64,000 bases of DNA from an uncultured Eubacteriales bacterium (GTDB lineage Bacteria; Bacillota; Clostridia; Christensenellales; CAG-138). The stretch lies in assembly GCA_902792295.1 (NCBI GenBank), contig CADAZC010000004.1:8083-72082 (forward strand). Reading direction: 5' to 3'. The notes beneath the pieces were generated by a model that saw nothing but the letters and a program-made list of their open reading frames with translations, ran no database searches and was not told the DNA's origin. The position numbers and the translations under genes are program-made. Below, piece after piece: positions 19,267 through 27,599 of this stretch (positions are counted from its first letter, which is position 1; the number at the start of each line of letters is the position of its first letter).

Positions 19267-19622
19267 GGGGGCGAAATGGTTTCGACGGGGATCGCGGAAG
19301 TGGGATCAGCGAGCCGAAGCCCCGTGCTTCGTTAAAAACGGGAACTGTCTAAAATAACTGACAACAATCACACTCAACTCGCAGCTGCATAAACGCAGCT
19401 ACGCGTCCGCCCGAAGAAACTTACCGCTTCGGAACCGGGCGTCATCAGGGTAGGGAACGAACCTGCGTAAGCTTTGCCGCAGGCCGGACTTCATGAAGCT
19501 ACCGTAACGCGGAGCCTGTCGGAGGGCGCCGCGCGAGGGGAATCCCAAAACACCGACTGCGCTCGGAGAAGATCCTGCCAACGGATTTTCGGACGGGAGT
19601 TCGACTCTCCCCGCCTCCACCA
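19267..19622 (+). ncRNA. ssrA: tmRNA (transfer-messenger RNA), CCA encoded
   Basis: The 5' GGGGGCG pairs with the 3' CGCCTCC-ACCA, including the G3:U pair. GGTTTCGACGGGG lies near the 5' end and the T-arm is GGGAGTTCGACTCTCCC. The tag ORF at 19360-19392 reads DNNHTQLAAA-stop. The gene lies directly downstream of smpB. Confidence 0.92.
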
Positions 19623-19626
19623 AAAA

Positions 19627-19661
19627 GAAAACAGGGCATTCCGATGCCCTGTTTTCTTTTT
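19627..19661 (+). terminator. intrinsic terminator of ssrA
   Basis: A 13-bp stem pairs GAAAACAGGGCAT with ATGCCCTGTTTTC around a TCCG loop, followed by T5. Confidence 0.85.
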
Positions 19662-19754
19662 CCGATAACAAGGGGAGAGTCGAACCGGCGCGGGGGTGAA
19701 TGAAGCCGCAGTGCGGCTTCAGAGCCGCGCCGTGACCGAGCCGCAGCGAGAGGA

Positions 19755-19774
19755 GACTCCCCCCGCCTCCACCA
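19755..19774 (+). repeat. direct copy (19/20) of the terminal 20 nt of ssrA
   Basis: GACTCCCCCCGCCTCCACCA here compares with GACTCTCCCCGCCTCCACCA at 19603-19622. A perfect inverted copy of tmRNA 19599-19612 also lies at 19672-19685. Confidence 0.85.
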
Positions 19775-19775
19775 C

Positions 19776-19814
19776 GTCGCCGCGAACGTCGCATCGCTCG
19801 CGGCGACTTTTTTT
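19776..19814 (+). terminator. second intrinsic terminator, directly after the ssrA 3'-end copy
   Basis: GTCGCCGCGA (19776-19785) pairs with TCGCGGCGAC (19798-19807), followed by T7. Confidence 0.8.
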
Positions 19815-20003
19815 GCTTTGCTGAAAAGTCACCGCTTGCCCTCTCCGTTGCGGCTCCTTTCCGCAGTCGATCACGCTTGCTTCAGCTGCTCGTTTGTAAA
19901 CGCACTCGCAACGCTTCCGCTGCGCTACCAATCGCCTGCGGGATTCCCGCGCCGTGACCGAGCCGTGGAAAGAGTTGCGGTGCGCCGTCGGCGCTGCAAG
20001 CGG

Positions 20004-20036
20004 AAAAAAGAAGAACCCCGGCGATCTGCCGGGGTG
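20004..20036 (-). terminator. intrinsic terminator of the CotH-family gene
   Basis: On the minus strand, ACCCCGGC pairs with GCCGGGGT (20015-20035), followed by a T-rich run (plus-strand A-run 20004-20014). Confidence 0.8.
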
Positions 20037-20041
20037 TTTTC

Positions 20042-23000
20042 TTACGGATTGCTGTATTTGGCGATCAGGGCGTTCATCTCGTCCTTTGAGATCTTCAGTT
20101 CCTTGCGGATCTGTTCGAGCACGACCGTCGGTCGCTTTTCGACCTTATTGCGCAGCGTCGCGACTTCGCTTTCCCACTTCGACATGGATTTCGGATGCCC
20201 CCACTTTTTGATGTGACGCTCCATCTCCGGCCGGTATTCCTCGACGACCTGATCGAACAGCTTCAGAAGGTTTTCCGCGGTGAACTTCGTCATCACGACT
20301 TCCACATAGCGTTCGAAGAACCGGTGCTTCCATTCCTCGTTGGTTTTCAGCGAAACGGTGAAATAGAACTTGGTCAGCGATCCGTGCGCCGCCGCTACGC
20401 CGTCCTTATTGAAGTAGACGTGCATCATGTCGCGGTCGTACTTGCTCATGAAGCAATAGTCGAGATCGTACAGGATCGGACGCCACTTGATCTTATAGTC
20501 GACGGTGCGCCAGTATTTTTGATTGAACGTATCGGTCTCCAGCATGAACGTGCGGCAAATGACGTAATCCATGAACGCGTCAGCATCGACCTTTTCGGTA
20601 TAGCTCTGATACGCGCTTTCGCTCGACAGCGTCTGCGCCTTAAAGATCTTCTTGAATTCGGTATTACTGCCCTTCATCGCGATCGAGCCGTTGCGCATGA
20701 TGGTATTGACCGTGTCGGGATCCACGCCGTAATGCGTGGCAAGATACTTGGAATTCAGCTCCTCGTTGAAATCGTACACGCCGTAATACGTGCCGTTGAT
20801 ATAGAGCACGCAGCAGCGCGAATTGGCGCAGTCGACGTTCAGTCCCATGCAGGCGCGGGTGACGAACGTATCGCGCATGCGCGCCATGTCGTAATCCTGT
20901 CCCGCGTTTCGCAGTGCGAACGCGCCGAACTCCGTGAACTCGTACCCCGGGAAGAACGGATAGTCGACCGTCTTCATGCCGTACTCCGCGCGAAGCCCGA
21001 ACGTCAGCGATTTCTGCGCGTACGTCAGCGTACCGCGTCCCTTTGCCTTGACGTCGCACGGGAACGACGTGCCGATCCGTCCGTCCGGCTCGTAGTAATT
21101 CACGTAGCCCTTCCGTTCCTTGATGTTCTTATGCTCCTTGACCTTATAGACGGTGTTGAAATCGGTCGGATCCATCGCAAGGCATACGACCGGAACGGTA
21201 TGCGGTTCCTCAAACAAATAATGGAACGTGACGATCTCGCTCGGCAGCATGCCGTCGACATACGCGATCGCGCGGATCACGGCGTTCTTTGAGATCGTGA
21301 TCGGACCGGAATAGAACGTCGAGCTTTTGCTCGGTTCGCTGCCGTTGGTCGTGTAATAGATTGTCGCATTCGGGCTTAACGATGTGATCGAAAGGTCGAA
21401 GGACTGCGTGTGATAGAGCGCGTTCTCCGAAAAGACCGGCATGGACGCGTATCCGCGATACGGCGAATCGCTGTTCTTCTTGCCTTTTGTCTTGGTCGTG
21501 AAGAATACGCGGCTGATCTGATTGTTGCCCTCTACCCTGCCGCTCGTGATGCCGTTTCGCTGTACGCCGGTTTCAAAGATATCCCGGATGATGCCGTTTG
21601 CATCGGAAAGATACAGTTTTTCGCCGGAAGGGCTCACGCCGAACGGCGCGTCGCTGCTCTTGCGATCCCCGTAGGAAGCGGTCGCTTCGATCACTGCATA
21701 GTCGTTCGCTTTCAGAGACAGGGACGAGATCCTGTACTTTTTCGGCTCGTCGAGCGAATCGCTCAGATACCAGCCGTCCAGCGAGACGGTGCTCTGTGAA
21801 CCGTTATACAGTTCGATCCAGTCCTTTTCGTTGCTTCCCCGATCGTGAATGGCGCATACCTCGGAGATGTATACGCCGTCAGATTGAAAAAAACCGATCG
21901 CCTCCGCCGTCTTTTCGCCGTGTCCGTTCGGCGCGCCGGGTGTCGGATACCGGTAATAAACCTGCTCGTTCGCCTCGTTCAGACCGATCGAAACATTGTC
22001 CGGAAGCTCCGGAACCGTGATCCAGTCGAGCCGTCCGGTCTGTGCGTTGTAAAGGTACAGCGTTTCGCCCGTGCCGAGCGAAAAGCTCGCGTGAAGCTCG
22101 TTTGCGATGCCCGTCTTGCCGGACAGGAAGATGATGAGATACTGTCCGCCGGAGAGCGACATGCTCTCGGGCAGCGCCCATTTTTTGAGATTTTTCGGGT
22201 TATCCGAAAGGTACCAGTCGCGCAGCGAAACCGCCTGGTCGGTCGGGTTATAAAGCTCGACCCAGTCGCAGCGTTCGCCCTCGCTGTCCGCGATGCTGTA
22301 GGTGTTCTTCGGAAGCGCTTCGCTGATGCGCAGCGACTCGGGACGTTTTGCGTTCAGCGTCGGATCGACGGGTTCGTCCTCATTCTGCTCGTCCGGATCG
22401 GGCTCCGGCGTTTCCTCCGGGCGGTACGGCGGCTCGTCGGTGATTTCCGTCGTGTTCGCCTCGCCGGGCGTCGGCGTTTCACAGAAACCGAACGTGCCGT
22501 CCGCACGGCGCGCATAACTCACGTCCTTATAGGGGATCTCGGGCATCTGGCACGTTTCCAGTTCAAAGCCGTTCGGATCGAACAGATACAGCGTTTCTCC
22601 GTACCGGCTGACGCCGAGATCGACACACACGTGCCCGTCCTTCGTCGAGCAGTTTTTATCGCAGCAGAATACGACGAGATAGCCGTTTGCGGGCAGTACG
22701 CCGGAAAGATTCGCATCGTCGTAATCGCTCGGCTCGTCGCACAGCGTGAAGCCGTCAAGCGCGATATCCGCGTTTGTGGTGTTGTGCAGCTCCACCCAGT
22801 CGCATTTGAGACATCCGCCGCAGGACAAAAGCGTATTGCGCGCGGAGATCTCGCTGATCTCGACGCCGGTCATCGGTTCGGGCGCTTCCGGCTCCTTCAC
22901 CTCCGGCTGACGGTCGGAAATCTTCGTTGTGTTTGCGCTGCCGGGCGTTGGCTCTTCACAGTAGCCGTAGGTGCCGTTCTCGCGGCGCGCATAGGAGATG

Positions 23001-23467
23001 TCACGGTGCAGTTCCGGCACGGCAAGCTCGTCGATCGTCTGCATATGCGGGTTGATCAAAACGAGGTCCTCCCCCGCCGATTTCAGCGAAAACCCGAGGC
23101 AGATGGGGCTTGTGCCGTCCCATGCAAGCGTGTCGGTCTTTTCCATCTTGGTCGCAAGCAGCAAAAGGTATCCGTCCGCCGGAAGAATGATCTCCGGCAT
23201 CGTGAACGCCTTGTCGGAATTTCTGATATTGTCGGTAATGCCCCAGCCGAGCAGATTGATCGGCTGATCCGATTCGTTGTGCAGCTCGATCCAGTCCGGC
23301 GAACCGTAATAGTCGTGCTCGTAGCTCTTGCCGTTGCTGGAAACGACTTCGCTGATCACAAGCCCTTTCTTTGCGCCGTCGGATTCCGTGCCGCACGCGG
23401 CAAAGGACGCCGCCGTGCCGAGCACCAGAAGCCACGCAAGGATTTTTTTCAAACGTACAGATCGCAT
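20042..23467 (-). CDS. CotH-kinase-family lipoprotein with about five lamin-tail (LTD) repeats and a chitobiase/FN3-associated-like module
   Basis: 1141 aa. A signal peptide is followed by Cys (LGTAASFAAC). The motifs SxxxDWIELxN and GWxLSD recur about five times. ATIYYTTNGSEPS follows, and the C-terminal ~450 aa are CotH-like (YVNYYEPDG..., NGTYYGVYDF, NQKYWRT). Confidence 0.8.
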   Translation of the reverse strand: MRSVRLKKILAWLLVLGTAASFAACGTESDGAKKGLVISEVVSSNGKSYEHDYYGSPDWIELHNESDQPINLLGWGITDNIRNSDKAFTMPEIILPADGYLLLLATKMEKTDTLAWDGTSPICLGFSLKSAGEDLVLINPHMQTIDELAVPELHRDISYARRENGTYGYCEEPTPGSANTTKISDRQPEVKEPEAPEPMTGVEISEISARNTLLSCGGCLKCDWVELHNTTNADIALDGFTLCDEPSDYDDANLSGVLPANGYLVVFCCDKNCSTKDGHVCVDLGVSRYGETLYLFDPNGFELETCQMPEIPYKDVSYARRADGTFGFCETPTPGEANTTEITDEPPYRPEETPEPDPDEQNEDEPVDPTLNAKRPESLRISEALPKNTYSIADSEGERCDWVELYNPTDQAVSLRDWYLSDNPKNLKKWALPESMSLSGGQYLIIFLSGKTGIANELHASFSLGTGETLYLYNAQTGRLDWITVPELPDNVSIGLNEANEQVYYRYPTPGAPNGHGEKTAEAIGFFQSDGVYISEVCAIHDRGSNEKDWIELYNGSQSTVSLDGWYLSDSLDEPKKYRISSLSLKANDYAVIEATASYGDRKSSDAPFGVSPSGEKLYLSDANGIIRDIFETGVQRNGITSGRVEGNNQISRVFFTTKTKGKKNSDSPYRGYASMPVFSENALYHTQSFDLSITSLSPNATIYYTTNGSEPSKSSTFYSGPITISKNAVIRAIAYVDGMLPSEIVTFHYLFEEPHTVPVVCLAMDPTDFNTVYKVKEHKNIKERKGYVNYYEPDGRIGTSFPCDVKAKGRGTLTYAQKSLTFGLRAEYGMKTVDYPFFPGYEFTEFGAFALRNAGQDYDMARMRDTFVTRACMGLNVDCANSRCCVLYINGTYYGVYDFNEELNSKYLATHYGVDPDTVNTIMRNGSIAMKGSNTEFKKIFKAQTLSSESAYQSYTEKVDADAFMDYVICRTFMLETDTFNQKYWRTVDYKIKWRPILYDLDYCFMSKYDRDMMHVYFNKDGVAAAHGSLTKFYFTVSLKTNEEWKHRFFERYVEVVMTKFTAENLLKLFDQVVEEYRPEMERHIKKWGHPKSMSKWESEVATLRNKVEKRPTVVLEQIRKELKISKDEMNALIAKYSNP

Positions 23468-23625
23468 ATTCGATCCTCCATCCGGTTCCCCGTCGTGCGG
23501 AAACCGATATTTCCCATTTTGTTTCTACAGTATACCACGGTTCCCCCATCTTGAAAAGCCGCGCGGCAGGCGCTTTCGCAAAATAGTTGTAAGACGATTG
23601 TAAACAATTTGCAAAACGGAGGTAT

Positions 23626-25413
23626 TTAGCCGTCGGATCGTCCGTCAAGCGCATTTTTGAGCCGGTAAATCTTGCTCTCCTCCAGCATGGCGACGACGTG
23701 TGTGCCGTCCGCCTCGTGCGATTCCGAAAGCACCGTGCCGATCTCGTGCAGCACACGGATCGCATCGTACCGGTCGTACGGAATCACCAGTTCCACGCGC
23801 TGCTGCGTGCGGTTCAGTTCCGTTTCGATCCGTTCAAGCAATGCCGGAATCCCCATGCCCGTCCTTGCGCTGATCGCCACGGCGTTCTCGCGCTTCGAAG
23901 GGATCGCTTCGGGCAGATCGCACTTGTTATAAACTTCAATGCACGGCGTATTGCCCGCGCCGAGCCCCTCCAGCACCTGTTCCGTCACGCGCATCTGCAC
24001 CTCATAGTACGGACAGCCCGCGTCGACGACGTGCAGGATCAGATCGGCGTCCTTCACTTCCTCGAGCGTGGAACGGAACGCCTGCACAAGATCGTGCGGC
24101 AGCTTGTTGATGAACCCGACGGTGTCCGAAAGCAGACACGGCGTGCCGTTCGGCAGCGTGACGCCGCGCACCACGGGATCGAGCGTTGCAAACAGCTTGT
24201 CCTCGGCAAGCACGTCGCTGTTTGACAGCACGTTCAGAAGCGTACTCTTGCCGGCGTTCGTATATCCGACCAGCGCGACGACCGGCGTTTCGCTCTTCTT
24301 GCGCACGGAGCGGCGGATCCCGCGTTGTTTTTCGACCTCTTTGAGTTCCTGTTCGAGTTCATAGATGCGGCGATGGATGCGGCGGCGGTCGATCTCGAGT
24401 TTTTTCTCACCGGGACCGCGCATGCCGACGCCGCTTGCGCCCTGACGCGACATCGCCACGCCGACGCCCAGAAGCCGCGGCAGACGGTATTTGAGCTGAC
24501 TGAGTTCCACCTGCAGCTTGCCCTCACGCGTGGTCGCGCGGGAGGCGAAGATATCGAGGATCAGCATCGTGCGGTCGATGACCGGCGCGCCGAGGATACT
24601 TTCGAGATTGCGGATCTGGATCGCGGTAAGCTCGTCGTCGAAGATGAAAACGTCCGCTTCCGTCGCGCTGCCGATCAGCCGCAGCTCATCCGCTTTTCCG
24701 GAGCCGATATAGGTTCCGTTGTCGATGGGGCGCTTGCGCTGGCGCTCCATGTGCACGACGTTGACGCCTGCGGTGTCCGCAAGCGCTTTCAATTCCTCGA
24801 GGGTATCGTAACCGTCGTCGTTGTCGATGCCGACAAGCACCGCACGCTCCGGCTCCGCCTGTGTAACCGCATACGCCGGCGCTTTCAGACGGTTATCCGC
24901 TTCGATCAAAGCGGAGAGCAGCGCATCCTGCGGAAGGCGGTCTGCGCGAATCGGTCCGTAGATCAGCGGTTTGCGCTCCTCGCCCTCCATCTCGCCGACA
25001 AACGCAACGTACACCGACGTCGGCTGTCCGTCCTTCACCCCGACCGCCGCCATCGCGTCGAGCCGCATGGAGTTCAGCGTGCCGAGATCGACGTCGGAAA
25101 GGTATCCGCTGCCGTTCGGATGCGTATGGATGCAGCGCACGCCCGCAAGCCGGTCTGCGTTGCGCACAAGGCGCATATCGGGCATGGAAACCGTTGTGGC
25201 GTCGCCGATCGAAACGTCCCGCACCGCGCCGCTGCGCGACAGATAGACCGAGATCTCGCGTCCGATGCGTCCGGTGAAATCGGCAAGTTTATAAAGCAGG
25301 TCCGCAGATGCAAACACGCCGCTCGGCTGTGTTTCGTCATACAGCGAGCGCATTTCGTCCAGAATGGTATCGCGGATGCCCGCGACGTTTCCGTGTATCT
25401 TCTTTTCTTCCAT
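23626..25413 (-). CDS. hflX: GTPase HflX with an N-terminal extension of about 185 aa carrying a JAMM/MPN+ motif
   Basis: 595 aa. The HflX N/M domains start near ERAVLVGI. The G-domain has GYTNAGKST, DTVGF and NKCD. The extension contains HTHPNGSGYLSDVD (H-x-H-x7-S-x2-D). Confidence 0.9.
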   Translation of the reverse strand: MEEKKIHGNVAGIRDTILDEMRSLYDETQPSGVFASADLLYKLADFTGRIGREISVYLSRSGAVRDVSIGDATTVSMPDMRLVRNADRLAGVRCIHTHPNGSGYLSDVDLGTLNSMRLDAMAAVGVKDGQPTSVYVAFVGEMEGEERKPLIYGPIRADRLPQDALLSALIEADNRLKAPAYAVTQAEPERAVLVGIDNDDGYDTLEELKALADTAGVNVVHMERQRKRPIDNGTYIGSGKADELRLIGSATEADVFIFDDELTAIQIRNLESILGAPVIDRTMLILDIFASRATTREGKLQVELSQLKYRLPRLLGVGVAMSRQGASGVGMRGPGEKKLEIDRRRIHRRIYELEQELKEVEKQRGIRRSVRKKSETPVVALVGYTNAGKSTLLNVLSNSDVLAEDKLFATLDPVVRGVTLPNGTPCLLSDTVGFINKLPHDLVQAFRSTLEEVKDADLILHVVDAGCPYYEVQMRVTEQVLEGLGAGNTPCIEVYNKCDLPEAIPSKRENAVAISARTGMGIPALLERIETELNRTQQRVELVIPYDRYDAIRVLHEIGTVLSESHEADGTHVVAMLEESKIYRLKNALDGRSDG

Positions 25414-25418
25414 ACTGT

Positions 25419-26861
25419 TTATTGTACCATATCGATCACGTCGCTTGCAAGCAGCGCGCGTTCTCCCAAAAGCTTCATGGCGCGATCCGCGGACGTACCC
25501 AAAAGATACGCGCCCGCCCGCGCCGCGTCAAAGGCGGAAAGCCCCTGCGCAAGCAGCGCGGTGACGAGCCCCGTCAGTACATCGCCGCTGCCGCCTTTTG
25601 CCAAACCGGGGTTCCCGAACGTCAGAAACGCCGTCCGCTCGTTTGCATGCACCAGCGTGGTCGCGCCCTTCAGGAGCGTTGTGCACCGGAACGCTTTGAC
25701 TGCGCCGAGCGGATCGGAAAGGACGTCCGAAACGGTGCAGTCCAAAAGCCGCGCCATTTCGCCTGCGTGCGGCGTCAGAACGACATTCTCATGCAGAAGA
25801 TGCAGGAGCGATCGGTCTTTCGCCATCTGATTCAGCGCGTCCGCGTCCAGTACGAGCTTCGTCCCCGATCTGAGCGCCGCTTCGATCACCGGAAGGAGAT
25901 TTCCCTTTCCCCCGCCGCTTCCCACGGCGATCGCCTGTTTGTTCTCCATCGCCGCGATCGCTCTTTCGGCGGCGGCTTCGCACCAGTCGTCCGTGCCGGT
26001 CGGGATCGTGATTGCTTCCGGAACCGCCGCAAAAAACGGGCGCACCGGATCCGGCGTGCAGACGGACACAAGTCCCGCCCCGCCGCGCAAAGCCGCGCGC
26101 GCCGAAAGCAGCGCGGCGCCCGGATAGGTCTTCGAACCCACGCACAAAAGCGCATGCCCGTTCATTCCCTTGTGTGAATCGAACGGCCGCTTCGGCAAAA
26201 GCGCTGCAATTTCGGCTTCCTCCTGATAAAAAAGCTCCGGCTCGCCTTCGTCTGCGTACAGCGGCTGTACCGTGACCGTCCCGCAAAGCGCGCGTCCCTG
26301 TCCGAGCAGCATGCCCGCCTTTTTCGCCTGCATCGTGACGGTTCGCGCCGCATGCACCGCAGCGCCCATGATTTCACCGCTGTCGGCGTGCAGTCCCGAT
26401 GGGATGTCTGCGGAAACGATCGACTTGCCGCTTTCGTTCATCCGCCCGATCAGATCCCGCACCGCGCCCTCGACCGGGCGGTTCAGCCCCACGCCGAACA
26501 GCGCGTCGATCAGGATTTCATGTTCCTTCGGCTCCCACTCCGCAAAGACCGGAACACCGTCCGCCTTTGCCGCGCCGAGATAGTATGCCGCATCGGGCGT
26601 GCAGTTTTTTTCGTCGCCGGAAAGAACGATCCGCGCGTCGACGCCTTCCCGTTTGAGAAGCCATGCGGCGGCGATCCCGTCACCGCCGTTGTTGCCGGTG
26701 CCCGAGATCGCGGTCACGCTCTCCCCGTTTTTGCGCAGGTCTTTTACGGCGGAGGCGAGCCCCTCCGCGGCGGTTCGCATCAGCGCGAGCGACGAAACGC
26801 CCGACGCGATGACCTCGCGGTCCCGCTGCTTTGCCTGCGCCGCCGTTACGATTCGCTCCAT
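25419..26861 (-). CDS. nnr: bifunctional NAD(P)H-hydrate repair enzyme (epimerase / ADP-dependent dehydratase)
   Basis: 480 aa. It has an N-terminal YjeF_N domain (GTGNNGGDG) and a C-terminal carbohydrate-kinase-like domain (GPGLAKGGSGDVLTG). Confidence 0.88.
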   Translation of the reverse strand: MERIVTAAQAKQRDREVIASGVSSLALMRTAAEGLASAVKDLRKNGESVTAISGTGNNGGDGIAAAWLLKREGVDARIVLSGDEKNCTPDAAYYLGAAKADGVPVFAEWEPKEHEILIDALFGVGLNRPVEGAVRDLIGRMNESGKSIVSADIPSGLHADSGEIMGAAVHAARTVTMQAKKAGMLLGQGRALCGTVTVQPLYADEGEPELFYQEEAEIAALLPKRPFDSHKGMNGHALLCVGSKTYPGAALLSARAALRGGAGLVSVCTPDPVRPFFAAVPEAITIPTGTDDWCEAAAERAIAAMENKQAIAVGSGGGKGNLLPVIEAALRSGTKLVLDADALNQMAKDRSLLHLLHENVVLTPHAGEMARLLDCTVSDVLSDPLGAVKAFRCTTLLKGATTLVHANERTAFLTFGNPGLAKGGSGDVLTGLVTALLAQGLSAFDAARAGAYLLGTSADRAMKLLGERALLASDVIDMVQ

Positions 26862-27340
26862 GTTTCCTCCTCCGAAAGCGCGGCTTCCAACGCTTTCCGC
26901 GAAACGTCATAGGTAAACCCGCGCGCGATGAGCCGCGAAAGCACACGCTCGCGGCGCTTTTCCGATTCAAGCGAAGAAAACTGCCGTGCGAATTTCACCG
27001 CAATCACGCGCGCGTTTTCCGCTTCTCCGTCGGTATCGACCGCATCCAGCGCGGCGTTGATATACGCGTCGTCGACGCCGTGGCTTTTCAGCTGTTCCCA
27101 AAGGTGTCGGCGGCTCACGGGCTTCGACGCAAGGCGCGTTTCCACGAAGCGCTGCGCATAGCGCTCGTCGTTCAAAAGTCCGAGTTCAAGAAGGCGGTTG
27201 ACCGTTGCGTCCACGTCCGCCTCGCCGAACTCCTTTCCGTCAAGATATGCCTGCATTTCCGACACCGTGCGGTCCTTCCCCGTGAGATACTTCATCGCGT
27301 ATTCCATCGGCGAAAGCGATTTCTTCGGCTGCTCTTTCAT
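26846..27340 (-). CDS. recX: recombination regulator RecX
   Basis: The start at 27340 follows GAGGAG. The 164-aa product has three-helix repeats (YAMKYLTGKDRTVSEM..., RFVETRL..., RGF). Confidence 0.8.
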   Translation of the reverse strand: MKEQPKKSLSPMEYAMKYLTGKDRTVSEMQAYLDGKEFGEADVDATVNRLLELGLLNDERYAQRFVETRLASKPVSRRHLWEQLKSHGVDDAYINAALDAVDTDGEAENARVIAVKFARQFSSLESEKRRERVLSRLIARGFTYDVSRKALEAALSEEETWSES

Positions 27341-27599
27341 TGCGTGCTCCTCTGTTCCTTTCGATGCAGACAGTATAACACATTCGCGTCGATCTGAAAA
27401 GAAATCCCGAAAAATCTGCAACCTTTTATTCTTCTCACACGTCTTATTCTATGAGAGACGCTTTGCGCGGCATTTCCCCGCGCGGATGTATAAAAGATGT
27501 GCCTAAAATGTAACTTATTAGTAAATGCTTTTCGAAAAGGATGGTTTTTTCGAAAAAAGCGTGTAAAATGAAAGCATCAATGGAGAAGGAAACGAATCT

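Noticed and set aside
19399-19794. A 131-aa minus-strand ORF. Small ORFs also lie at 19719-19931 and 19818-20216.
   Set aside because: The first overlaps the tmRNA gene and its terminators. None has an RBS or a plausible protein composition, and the region is better explained as RNA and repeat sequence.
19623-20041. An intact prophage or genomic island integrated at ssrA.
   Set aside because: Only about 420 bp separate ssrA from the next chromosomal gene, and no integrase, excisionase or cargo genes are present. Only repeat remnants remain, which I report as a possible scar.
21845-25830. Plus-strand ORFs of 569 aa and 501 aa opposite the CotH-family gene and hflX/nnr.
   Set aside because: These are shadow ORFs, rejected for the same reasons as above.
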